A stretch of DNA of 64,000 nt from Candidatus Undinarchaeota archaeon. Lineage in GTDB: Archaea; Undinarchaeota; Undinarchaeia; Undinarchaeales; UBA543. The stretch covers positions 35,800 to 99,799 of the forward strand of contig CAZMMZ010000001.1 of assembly GCA_964567575.1 (NCBI GenBank), read 5' to 3'. The first letter of the stretch is position 1. The number at the start of each line of letters is the position of its first letter. The position numbers were made by a program, and so were the translations under genes. The notes below the pieces were generated by a model, which saw nothing but the letters and a program-made list of their open reading frames with translations, was not told where the DNA came from and did no database searches. Shown piece after piece: positions 18,520 through 28,019 of the stretch.

Positions 18520-19713
18520 ATGGCACAACAAAATTTAAATGATCTTTTTGACGACTTCTTAAACAGAGCTCCGAATTTCACAAGAAAGGATGCGCTCCAA
18601 GACACATATACACCAAGTCAGGTTCCACACAGAACTGAACAAATTAACCAACTTGCATCAATTTTAGTGTCTGCTCTTCGTAATGAAAAACCAAGTAATG
18701 TTTTCATTTACGGAAAAACAGGCACAGGAAAAACACTTGTGTCTCGATATGTTGGCCAAGAACTAGAAAAAAAAGCCGCAACAACTAACACAGCACTCAA
18801 AACATGCTACATAAATTGTAAACTTGATAAAATCAACACAGCATACAGATTATTCGCGCGCTTCTTAGCAGAATTTGGTGAAGAAGTCCCACCAACCGGA
18901 TTACCAACCGATGAAGTTTATAGACATTTTCTTGATACAATGCACAAGAAAAAAGGAATATTCCTTTTAATTCTTGATGAAATTGATGCGCTCACAGACA
19001 CAGATCTTCTTTACAATTTATCTCGAATAAACACAGAATTAAAAGACAGTAGAGTTAGTTTAATCGGCATTTCAAATGATTTGTCTTTTACAAACAATCT
19101 TGACCCACGAATTAAGTCATCCTTATCTGAAGAAGAACTGGTTTTTCCACCATACAATGCAACACAAATTAAAGACATCTTATCTCAACGCGCAGAACTA
19201 GCACTTCAAAAAGACATACTTGAAGAAGATGTTATTCCAAAATGCGCAGCTCTCGCCGCACAAGAACACGGAGATGCCCGCAGGGCCCTTGATCTTCTTC
19301 GGGTTGCGTGCGAAATCGCAGAACGAACTGGCGACAAAAAAATCACAGTAATCCATGTTGACGATGCTCAGAAAAAACTTGATATTGATCGTGTTGTTGA
19401 AGTTGTTAAAACACAACCACGACAATCACAACTAGTTCTTTACAGCATTCTTTACTTAGCAGATCTAAATAAAGAAGACATTGGAACTGGGGATGTTTAT
19501 GATGTTTACCAAACTTTCTGTAAACAATCTAAATTAACTCCATTAACACAACGCCGCGTTTCTGATTTAATTTCAGAATTGGACATGCTTGGTCTTATTA
19601 CCTCTTCAGTTATTTCTATGGGACGATATGGACGAACTAGGAAAATAAAACTGGAGATGTCCGGCCGAGCTCTTGAAACCTCACGGGAGATTCTAAAAGG
19701 AGAATTGTTATGA
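18520..19713 (+). CDS. cdc6: Orc1/Cdc6 replication initiator
   Basis: AAA+ Walker A GKTGTGKT, Walker B LILDEID, and a C-terminal winged helix. ATG at 18520 is preferred over the GTG at 18505. Confidence 0.9.
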   Translation: MAQQNLNDLFDDFLNRAPNFTRKDALQDTYTPSQVPHRTEQINQLASILVSALRNEKPSNVFIYGKTGTGKTLVSRYVGQELEKKAATTNTALKTCYINCKLDKINTAYRLFARFLAEFGEEVPPTGLPTDEVYRHFLDTMHKKKGIFLLILDEIDALTDTDLLYNLSRINTELKDSRVSLIGISNDLSFTNNLDPRIKSSLSEEELVFPPYNATQIKDILSQRAELALQKDILEEDVIPKCAALAAQEHGDARRALDLLRVACEIAERTGDKKITVIHVDDAQKKLDIDRVVEVVKTQPRQSQLVLYSILYLADLNKEDIGTGDVYDVYQTFCKQSKLTPLTQRRVSDLISELDMLGLITSSVISMGRYGRTRKIKLEMSGRALETSREILKGELL

Positions 19714-21137
19714 GCCTTCAACAGGAGGCATTGCAGGTTTTTCTCAAAAACAACTTTCAAATTTCAAAACCAGCGCTTGACCTTCTTCTCACACAAGAGA
19801 AACCAATTGAATCAGCAAACCTATTAATTAAAGAAATTTCTCCAGACATTTTAACAATACTTCCAGAACACATTGAAAAACAAAAAGAACCAGAACCACC
19901 TACAACGGCGCTTGTTGATGGTTTTAAAAAAAATAAACCAATAAAAAGTGTTCGCGATTTATCAGAGTTTTTTAATAATCGATATACTTATTTTAGAAAA
20001 CTTTTAGCTGGCCGTTTACCAAGCCCAACAACACTATCAAATTTGAAAAGATCAAACAAAGAAAAGATGAGCACAATTGGTCTTGTTTCTAATAAACGCT
20101 CAACAATAAAAGGAAATATCTTTATTGAGCTTGAAGATCCAACAGGAACTTTTAGTGTAGTTGTATCAAAACCAGAAATTAAGAAAAAAGCCGAGACCTT
20201 AGTTATGGATGAAGTTATTGGGGTGATGGGAACCACAGGAGATAACATTCTGTATGTTGATGATTTTATTTGGCCGGATGTTCCAATTATCCGAGAGCCA
20301 AAAACACTAGAAAACGAAACATATGCTGCGTTTTTCTCTGATACACACATTGGTAGTAAAAAATTCATGCGAAAAGAATTCGGCAGATTCCTCTCTTGGA
20401 TAAAAGGAGAAATTGGTGGCGAAGATGAAACAGATATGGTTAAAAAAGTAAAATATTGTTTTGTTGCTGGGGATATTGTTGATGGTATTGGGGTTTATCC
20501 AAAACAAAACGAAGAACTTGAAATTGGAAACATTGAAGATCAATATCATTTAGCAGCTGAACTTTTCTCAGAAATTCCAAAACACATTCAGTTAGTTTTT
20601 TCACCGGGAAACCACGATTTCCTTCGCGGTGGCCAACCACAGCCAGCACTTGATCCAGAAGTTGCTGCGCCACTTTACGAACTTCGAAATGCAATGCACG
20701 TTGGAAACCCATCAACAATAAAAATTGAAGAACACGATAGGGGTGGAATTAATGTGTTGATGTATCATGGAGTTAGTTTTGATTCAATGATAACTGCAGA
20801 TTCGTCTTTGAAAGATGGTTATACAAATCCTGTTGATGTTATGAAATCTTTATTGAAACGCCGACATCTTTCACCACCATATGATACCGGTTTAGTAGCA
20901 AGCGGCGAGGATCAAATGATAATCAGAACAGTTCCTGATGTTTTCCACACAGGTCACATCCACTACAACGGAAATGGGATGTATCGCGGAACAACGTTAA
21001 TTAATAGTGGAACTTGGCAAGCGCAAACAGCATTCCAAAAACTTTGTGGAAACGAGCCAACACCCTGTGTCTTACCACTTTTGAATTTACAAAACCGCAA
21101 ACTCAAGTTAATGAATTTCAACTATAATGAAAACTGA
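19710..21137 (+). CDS. dp1: DNA polymerase II (PolD) small subunit DP1
   Basis: Calcineurin-like phosphoesterase motifs FFSDTHIGSK, VAGDIVDG, SPGNHD, HTGHIH. 4-nt overlap with orc1/cdc6. Confidence 0.9.
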   Translation: MSLQQEALQVFLKNNFQISKPALDLLLTQEKPIESANLLIKEISPDILTILPEHIEKQKEPEPPTTALVDGFKKNKPIKSVRDLSEFFNNRYTYFRKLLAGRLPSPTTLSNLKRSNKEKMSTIGLVSNKRSTIKGNIFIELEDPTGTFSVVVSKPEIKKKAETLVMDEVIGVMGTTGDNILYVDDFIWPDVPIIREPKTLENETYAAFFSDTHIGSKKFMRKEFGRFLSWIKGEIGGEDETDMVKKVKYCFVAGDIVDGIGVYPKQNEELEIGNIEDQYHLAAELFSEIPKHIQLVFSPGNHDFLRGGQPQPALDPEVAAPLYELRNAMHVGNPSTIKIEEHDRGGINVLMYHGVSFDSMITADSSLKDGYTNPVDVMKSLLKRRHLSPPYDTGLVASGEDQMIIRTVPDVFHTGHIHYNGNGMYRGTTLINSGTWQAQTAFQKLCGNEPTPCVLPLLNLQNRKLKLMNFNYNEN

Positions 21138-24100
21138 AGAATATTTCGATTTGCTAGAAAAGCAGACAAACATAGAATATAGTCTTGCTAGCCAGGCAAG
21201 GAAAAATGGGTGCGATCCGTCTGAAGAACCTGAGATTTATTTAGCAAAAGATTTAGCAGAAAAAGTTGAGGGTCTTATTGAATTGAAAGGGCTCGCAGAT
21301 ATTATCCGAAAAGTTTCATCTGAAACAGAAAGTGAAGTTGCTCGGGCATTCAAAATCGCAGAGCAAGTTGCAAAAAATGAATCAGACAAAGAAAAAGCAG
21401 CGGACAAAGCAATTCGCGCAGGTTTAGCATATTTAACACAAGGGGCAGTTGCTGCGCCACTTGAAGGTATCGCAAAAGTTAAACTCCATAAAAATTCAGA
21501 CAGTTCAGAATATATTTCAATTTATTTCGCAGGTCCAATCCGCGCAGCAGGAGGAACTGCTGAAGCGCTTTGTGTTATTGTTGCTGATTACGTTCGGAAA
21601 GTTCTTGGTCTTGAAAAATATCAACCAACATCTCAGGAAATTTCCAGATACTTCGAAGAAATTCAATGGTACAACCGAAGAACCCACTTGCAGTATATGC
21701 CATCTGAAGAAGAAGTTAAAATCATTATTAAAAACACACCAATTTGTGTTGATGGCGAGCCCACAGAAAGGTATGAAGTTGCTAACTTCCGAGATCTTGG
21801 GCGTGTTGAAACAAACAGAGTTCGTGGTGGTATGTGTTTAGTTGTTAGTGAGGGTCTTGCTCAGAAAGCTGCAAAACTATGGAAGCGGATGAAACCAATT
21901 CAAAAAGAGTTTGATTTGGATTGGACGTGGCTCACAGAATTACTTGAAAAAAAACACCCTAAAACCGAATCTGAAAAATCTGGTGAATCATACACCCTTG
22001 AAACAAGCGAAGAAGACCAAGAAGATCAGGGTGGTAATAAAAAATATTTGCGTGAAGTTCCAGCTGGTCGTCCAGTTTTTTCACATTACGCCCGTCAAGG
22101 CGGTTTCCGCCTTCGATATGGACGCACACGGGCTAGTGGTTACGCAGCTGCAGGAATGAATCCTGCAACAATGTATACTCTTGGGAAATTTGTTGCAATT
22201 GGAACTCAAATTCGTTTGGAAATGCCAGGCAAAGCAGCAATCATAACTCCATGTAATACTGTTGAAGGTCCACTTGTTAAATTAAAATCAGGTGAAGTTC
22301 GCAGATTGTCAACAATGGAAGAATCAATTGAAGTTGAAAAAGAAGTTGAGTCAATACTTCAACTCGGCGACCTTTTAATTTCTGCTGGCGATTTCCTTGA
22401 AAATAATCAGAAACTTGCAAAGCCAGCATTTTGCGAAGAATGGTGGGCACTACTTCTCGAAGCAAAATCACCTGAAGAAGCAAAACCATTTTTAGAAAAC
22501 ATTCTTACAAAAGTTTCATTTGAAAAAGCAGTTGAACTTTCAAAGAAATATGAAATTCCACTTCACCCAAAACACACACTTTATTGGAGCGGGTGTTTAA
22601 AGAAAAACATTCAAAAGGTTATTGAACTTTTGAGTGTGGATACAACCAAAATAAAAAATGATCCAGATATCAAAACCACAATAGAAAATCTTGGGGTTTG
22701 TCACAAAGTAGAAAACAACACTATTACCATTAACGAAGAACACCACAAGGCATTACTGTTTTGTCTTGGTTTTCCAGAAACAAGCCGAGAAGAAATTCAA
22801 AAACAAATTTCGGATTCTCAAAATCTTCTTTGTGGTGTTAACAAACTTTGTTCAATTCAAATTAAAAATCGCGCGCCAACTTATATTGGTGCAAGAATGG
22901 GGCGTCCAGAAAAAGCAAAGCCACGGAAAACAACTCCACCATTCAACACAATTTTTCCAACAGGTGCGAAAAAAGGCAGGATTCGTGATATTGTTAAAAT
23001 CGCAAATACAACAAGAGTTGGGGTTACAGAAATTGCAAAATATAAATGTACCACCTGCGGAACGTTCTCAATTTATCCAAAATGTTCTACTTGTGGCTCA
23101 AGAACAGAACTTACAACAACCTGTCCAAGATGCAGTCGCCCAATTCCTGCCGAACAATGTCCGGTTTGTGGGGTTTCAACAATTTCTTTTGAAAAGAAAT
23201 CTGTGAATTTTAAAGAGACTCTTGATGCAGCATTAAAGAATCTAAATCTTTCATCCCCAGAAAAAATAAAAGGGATTCTTGGAATGGCATCCAAAACCAA
23301 AACCCCGGAAGCCCTTGAGAAAGGCATTCTTAGGGCAAAATATAATTTATTTGTATTCAAAGATGGAACAATCCGATTTGATAGCACAGATGCACCACTT
23401 ACACATTTCACACCCAATGAAGTTGGATCTCCAATCAATAAACTCAAGAAACTCGGATACACAGAAGATTACAAAGGCGAACCATTAGAACGTGGCGACC
23501 AACTACTTCCACTCAAATCACAAGATATTCTTTTATCCGACCACGGAGACGATTCTGCAGCTAAATGTTTCATTAATACTACAAAATTCATTGACGATCT
23601 TCTTCTCAGTCATTACAAACTTAAACCATATTATAAAGTCAAAAAGAAAATCGACCTTATTGGAAAAATGATTATTGGTCTTGCGCCCCACACTTCAACA
23701 GGAACTGTTGGTAGAATTGTTGGTTTCACCAAAGCAAGAGTTGGTTATGCTCACCCAGCATTCCACGACGCAAAACGTAGAGATTGTGATGGTGATGAAG
23801 ATGCAGTTCTTTTACTTCTTGATGCATTCCTAAATTTCTCAAGAGCATTCCTTCCTGAAAAGCGCGGTGGAAAAATGGATGCGCCACTTGTTGTTACAAC
23901 ACGATTAACACCAACAGAACTTGATGATGAGATTTACGATATTGATATTGTTCCAAATTACGGAATTCCTTTTTATGAAGCTGCAGAAATAAACACAGAT
24001 CCTGGTAAAGTTGGGTTGAAAACAGTTGAATCAATTTTAGAGGACGATGAAGCTCTTCTTAATTGGCCATTTACACACCACACCGCAGATATCAACGATG

Positions 24101-24519
24101 GGCCTATTGTTAATACATATTCTACTGGAGAAATGCTGGAAAAACTCAACAAACAGCTCGATCTTGCAGAAAAGAGTCGAGCAGTTGATGAGAGGGATGT
24201 TGCTGAAAAAATTCTTTCTTCACACTTCCTTCCTGATATTAAAGGGAATCTCAGAACATTTTCAAAACAAAAAGTTCGGTGTACAAAATGCAATACAAAA
24301 TACCGAAGGCCACCACTTTCTTGTGTTTGCTCAAACTGCGGGAATAAATTAACAATGACAGTACACGAGGGATCAATAAAGAAATATCTTGAAATTTCAA
24401 AGCAGATGATTAAAAAATATAATATTGATCCGTATCTTGCTCAACAAATTACAATGTTTAGCAAAGCACTTGATTCTATATTTGGAATTGATCCGCAGAA
24501 AAAATTAGGAGCATTTTAA
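21127..24519 (+). CDS. dp2: DNA polymerase II (PolD) large subunit DP2
   Basis: 1130 aa. The N-terminus YFDLLEKQTNIEYSLASQARKNGCDPSEEPEIYLAKDLAEKVEGL is typical of DP2, with several CxxC zinc modules. No intein-sized insertion apparent. Confidence 0.9.
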   Translation: MKTEEYFDLLEKQTNIEYSLASQARKNGCDPSEEPEIYLAKDLAEKVEGLIELKGLADIIRKVSSETESEVARAFKIAEQVAKNESDKEKAADKAIRAGLAYLTQGAVAAPLEGIAKVKLHKNSDSSEYISIYFAGPIRAAGGTAEALCVIVADYVRKVLGLEKYQPTSQEISRYFEEIQWYNRRTHLQYMPSEEEVKIIIKNTPICVDGEPTERYEVANFRDLGRVETNRVRGGMCLVVSEGLAQKAAKLWKRMKPIQKEFDLDWTWLTELLEKKHPKTESEKSGESYTLETSEEDQEDQGGNKKYLREVPAGRPVFSHYARQGGFRLRYGRTRASGYAAAGMNPATMYTLGKFVAIGTQIRLEMPGKAAIITPCNTVEGPLVKLKSGEVRRLSTMEESIEVEKEVESILQLGDLLISAGDFLENNQKLAKPAFCEEWWALLLEAKSPEEAKPFLENILTKVSFEKAVELSKKYEIPLHPKHTLYWSGCLKKNIQKVIELLSVDTTKIKNDPDIKTTIENLGVCHKVENNTITINEEHHKALLFCLGFPETSREEIQKQISDSQNLLCGVNKLCSIQIKNRAPTYIGARMGRPEKAKPRKTTPPFNTIFPTGAKKGRIRDIVKIANTTRVGVTEIAKYKCTTCGTFSIYPKCSTCGSRTELTTTCPRCSRPIPAEQCPVCGVSTISFEKKSVNFKETLDAALKNLNLSSPEKIKGILGMASKTKTPEALEKGILRAKYNLFVFKDGTIRFDSTDAPLTHFTPNEVGSPINKLKKLGYTEDYKGEPLERGDQLLPLKSQDILLSDHGDDSAAKCFINTTKFIDDLLLSHYKLKPYYKVKKKIDLIGKMIIGLAPHTSTGTVGRIVGFTKARVGYAHPAFHDAKRRDCDGDEDAVLLLLDAFLNFSRAFLPEKRGGKMDAPLVVTTRLTPTELDDEIYDIDIVPNYGIPFYEAAEINTDPGKVGLKTVESILEDDEALLNWPFTHHTADINDGPIVNTYSTGEMLEKLNKQLDLAEKSRAVDERDVAEKILSSHFLPDIKGNLRTFSKQKVRCTKCNTKYRRPPLSCVCSNCGNKLTMTVHEGSIKKYLEISKQMIKKYNIDPYLAQQITMFSKALDSIFGIDPQKKLGAF

Positions 24520-24543
24520 TACTCCTTTTAACAATTCATAATC

Positions 24544-24786
24544 ATGGCAAAGAAAGACGAAGAACCTGTGGACGAAGCACCTGAAGAGGAACCAACAGAA
24601 GAACCTATTGAAGACGAACCCGAAGACGAACCCGAAGAGGAAGAATCAGGGAAAGATTTTGACTTTGGTGGTGATGGTGGTTCATCTGGTGGACGCATCA
24701 CAGACAACAAAGTCCTAGTTGGTGCAATTATTGGATTTATTATTCTAACACTTGTGATAATTTTTGCGTATGTGAAGTTTTTCTGA
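24544..24786 (+). CDS. small protein with an acidic N-terminus and a C-terminal TM anchor
   Basis: 80 aa: Glu/Pro-rich first half, then VLVGAIIGFIILTLVIIFAYV. Confidence 0.45.
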   Translation: MAKKDEEPVDEAPEEEPTEEPIEDEPEDEPEEEESGKDFDFGGDGGSSGGRITDNKVLVGAIIGFIILTLVIIFAYVKFF

Positions 24787-25018
24787 AAAATTTAAATACA
24801 AGCAGAACAAGTAGTATACTATGGCAAGAAAAATCTATTATACACCCGCAAAAAAACTAACCAAAAAACAGGGTATATTATTGTTGATATGTCTAATCCA
24901 GATCATTTCTGTATTCACGAACTTTTAGAAACCGCTGATTCTGCTGTTGTTTTCAAAAGAATGGAGGAACTCGGTTCTGAAAATTACGGTGCCTTCGGCA
25001 AATTGGAGTTTGATGGTT

Positions 25019-26269
25019 TTAAATTTGTAAAAGAGTCATAAGCCAAACACCCACCCCACCATAATACAACATTACTGGAATAATAAAAAATCCCATACAT
25101 TGCGATCTTTTTACTTTTGACATTGGTGCAATTAATCCAATAACTGTGCAAAGAAATAAAATTAAAAGTCCAATAAATCCTGTTAACCAAAAAACACTCC
25201 CTAAAATTATCAACAGAATTAAGATATTTATTTTATTGTAAAAACCTTCTTTTGATTTTCCTATTTGTTTTGTGAAAAAAGTGCCAATCCAAACATGGAG
25301 CAGCATAGCGATTCCCCCAGCTCCAAGAATAACTCCAAGTAAAACAACTAATTCAACCATTCCAAAATTCTCTACAATTTTTTCAATTGCTATTACAACA
25401 CCAGACCGAGTTCTCCCAATTGCATAAAGAACAACCAATGTAAAAATAATATTTGCAGTATTAACTCCAGATGTTGCCACAAGGAATTCCCGTGCATCTC
25501 TTTTCTTATTTGATTTCTGAACCAAATGCGTGGCTTGTGTTGCTCCAACTCCTGGGAGAAATCCAACAATCATTCCTGCAACTGCACCGAGAATTGAATT
25601 TTTCAAAACACTTCCAGCTTTCAAACTTGCTTTTGCTTTAATTTGTTGAGGTATTCGTTCACGTCTTTGCATACTCAAAAGTAACGTGCTTGTGCCGAAC
25701 ATTCCTGTGAGCGCTGGGAAAATTATTCCGGAAGTGAACATTTTACTATTCAATAGAAGCATTCCAAGTGCGCCAGATAAAAGAAACAAAAAACCAGCTT
25801 TCAGAAAATTCCGTTCAGTTCCAATACTTAATCCAGTTACAACTAACAAAATGTAAAACATTTTTGTTTTAACAAAATCATAAACAAGCGGCAGTATGAA
25901 AACAACGGGCAGGAACACCATTGCAGTTATTAGCAATGAAATCAAACTACCAAGCCCAGTTAGTTTTATTGCTTCAAGCCCACGGCCCGCCAAAAGCATT
26001 TGATGCCCAGGCAAAACAGAAAGCGCAGAGTCTGGATCTGGAGCACCAAATAAAACACTCGGAATGAAATTCAGAAAAGTGTGAGTAACACTCATTGCCA
26101 TAATCAAACTTGCAACTGAAATCGGTGAGAAACTTGAAAAAATTGGAAGTGATGCAACAACAAGTGCAGAAATCATATTGATATGAATTCCTGGAATTAT
26201 TCCTGTGAAAATTCCAACTAAACAACCAAGTAATGTAAAAGCTAAAATTTCACTGAATATCATACACAA
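25019..26269 (-). CDS. TctA-family (DUF112) transporter-like membrane protein
   Basis: 416-aa polytopic ORF. N-terminal LGCLVGIFTGIIPGIH and LPGVGATQA resemble TctA motifs. Confidence 0.55.
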   Translation of the reverse strand: MCMIFSEILAFTLLGCLVGIFTGIIPGIHINMISALVVASLPIFSSFSPISVASLIMAMSVTHTFLNFIPSVLFGAPDPDSALSVLPGHQMLLAGRGLEAIKLTGLGSLISLLITAMVFLPVVFILPLVYDFVKTKMFYILLVVTGLSIGTERNFLKAGFLFLLSGALGMLLLNSKMFTSGIIFPALTGMFGTSTLLLSMQRRERIPQQIKAKASLKAGSVLKNSILGAVAGMIVGFLPGVGATQATHLVQKSNKKRDAREFLVATSGVNTANIIFTLVVLYAIGRTRSGVVIAIEKIVENFGMVELVVLLGVILGAGGIAMLLHVWIGTFFTKQIGKSKEGFYNKINILILLIILGSVFWLTGFIGLLILFLCTVIGLIAPMSKVKRSQCMGFFIIPVMLYYGGVGVWLMTLLQI

Positions 26270-26329
26270 AACAAATTTCTAATTGTTTTAAAATTTCATT
26301 AACTGGGGGGAGTTTATAGAATTAATTTT

Positions 26330-26485
26330 TTAAAAGTGCCTTCTCGCCACTCTACCCATCTCTTTAATGCGACGTGTTTGTGTGTTTTTCTTGCATTCTG
26401 GGCATTTTGGTGGATTTCGTAAAAAAAAAACTTCGTTTACCCTCAAATTCAAGTCGACATTCTTCACAAAACCACTTTTTTTCAT
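26330..26485 (-). CDS. small zinc-ribbon-like protein (51 aa as read), possibly frame-disturbed between two homopolymers
   Basis: ATG overlaps the TraB-like gene stop (ATGA). CPEC is in frame, and a second CxxC (FCEEC) lies in the +1 frame between the A7 and T10 runs (mRNA sense). Confidence 0.4.
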   Translation of the reverse strand: MKKSGFVKNVDLNLRVNEVFFLRNPPKCPECKKNTQTRRIKEMGRVARRHF

Positions 26486-27624
26486 AACAAACTCATTACA
26501 ACTGGTAATGCTATAAAAGTTCCGATAATACTTCCTAAATTAGCAAATGCAACAACAAGTAGAATTCTTGTGACTTGATTTTTCCAATATGCTTTCATAC
26601 TATCCAATTTATTCAAACTCTTGAAATCCTTAACTTTTGGATTGCGAATCTTTGCTTCAACATAACCAGCGAACCAACCTGCAGCTAACAACGGATTAAC
26701 AGAAGTAAATGGTGCTGCAACAAATGCAGTTAATATCGATAGCGGGTGGCCAAGCGCAGCCGCTGCTCCAATGGCAGATAAAGTTCCATTAATTAAAAAC
26801 CACCACATCAACATGTGAAGTGTTGTGCCCAAACCTTTTGTTGCAAACCCATAAATTAAAAGTCCAAGCAAAAGCGCAGGGATAATTAAACCAACAACTT
26901 TTATTTTTTTCTTTTTCTTCACAGGTGCTTGTAATTTTGAAAAAACAATTGGGAAATTAATTGCGCGTTTGATCCCCCCCACATGCCCTGCTCCAACAAC
27001 TGCAACAATTTTCTTACCTTCAATCTTCTGCAGCATTCCTGCCATGTAAATATCTCGCTCATCAACAAGAATTCGTTTTACACTTGGCACAGTTTTCGCA
27101 AGTTCATCCATTGCATCATGGAGCGTATCTTCTTCTTTTAATTTCTCAATAAAATCTTCATCAATATCTGCTATCAACGTGTCAACAAAAAGTGATTTAA
27201 CAATTTTCGCTTTTTCCAAAATACTCATAGAATTAAATGCGCGCCGGAGTGTAACTTGAACATCTCTATCAATAAATTCTAGTTTGGTTTTCGCTTTCTC
27301 AGCAGCGTCAATTGCAGAAAGCATTTCTGCGCCCGGATCAACTCCCAAATCTTTTCCAATTTTCTTTTGCATATTTGAAATAATTAAACTTGATAAAAAT
27401 AAGTAAGTCTGGCCATCTTTAATGACTTGTTTGATTTCTGTATCGTGCCACGACTCTTTATTCTTCAGCGCGTGATATCGGTTTTCATCAAGTTCAATTG
27501 CAACAACATCTGGCTTTTCTTTTTTAATTGTTTCTTCAACTTCTTCACAACTTTTCTTAGAAACATGCGCAGTCCCAACTAGAATAATCTCCTTTCCATT
27601 GTGTTCAAATCTTTCTATTGGCAA
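26482..27624 (-). CDS. TraB/GumN family protein with C-terminal TM segments
   Basis: N-terminus KEIILVGTAHVSKKSCEEVEETIKKEKPDVVAIELDENR and VGAGHVGG are characteristic. Confidence 0.75.
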   Translation of the reverse strand: MPIERFEHNGKEIILVGTAHVSKKSCEEVEETIKKEKPDVVAIELDENRYHALKNKESWHDTEIKQVIKDGQTYLFLSSLIISNMQKKIGKDLGVDPGAEMLSAIDAAEKAKTKLEFIDRDVQVTLRRAFNSMSILEKAKIVKSLFVDTLIADIDEDFIEKLKEEDTLHDAMDELAKTVPSVKRILVDERDIYMAGMLQKIEGKKIVAVVGAGHVGGIKRAINFPIVFSKLQAPVKKKKKIKVVGLIIPALLLGLLIYGFATKGLGTTLHMLMWWFLINGTLSAIGAAAALGHPLSILTAFVAAPFTSVNPLLAAGWFAGYVEAKIRNPKVKDFKSLNKLDSMKAYWKNQVTRILLVVAFANLGSIIGTFIALPVVMSLL

Positions 27625-27970
27625 TTAAAACATCTCCTTTCCTATTCGGTACTATTTCAAACGCTCCTTTATATTCCTTTATCTCTCCTGTAACTGTAAT
27701 AAAATCTCCGATTTGCAAACCTTCTGGTGTGTTTTTCTTATAACTGTACATTTTGAAACTCGAATTTTCAAAACGTGTTAAAAAGAAATTATTGAATTCT
27801 TTAATAAACGAAATCTCCCCTTGCACAACAACTATTTTCTCTAACATTCCCCTATCAATTTGATCCAACGGAACCAACGGCGGATCATAACTTATGCAAG
27901 CGAACCACAATACAACCAAACCAATAAGTGAAGTAAAACTAGCCAATATCAAGAGTGTTCGATCTTCCAT
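27605..27970 (-). CDS. membrane-anchored OB-fold-like protein
   Basis: 121 aa with an N-terminal TM, then VVVQGEISF...GDFITVTGEIKEYKGAFEIVP (OB-like). Overlaps the TraB-like start by 20 nt. Confidence 0.5.
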   Translation of the reverse strand: MEDRTLLILASFTSLIGLVVLWFACISYDPPLVPLDQIDRGMLEKIVVVQGEISFIKEFNNFFLTRFENSSFKMYSYKKNTPEGLQIGDFITVTGEIKEYKGAFEIVPNRKGDVLIANRKI

Positions 27971-28019
27971 ACACCCAGCACTTTTTATTTTCTTATAAAA
28001 TTTAGTTAACTTTCAAAAG

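Noticed and set aside
24889-25041. 50-aa ORF MSNPDHFCIHELLETADSAVVFKRMEELGSENYGAFGKLEFDGFKFVKES in the gap after the acidic/TM gene
   Set aside because: It has no recognisable motif or ribosome-binding context, and it overlaps the 3' end of the convergent TctA-like gene by about 23 nt. It is left uncalled.
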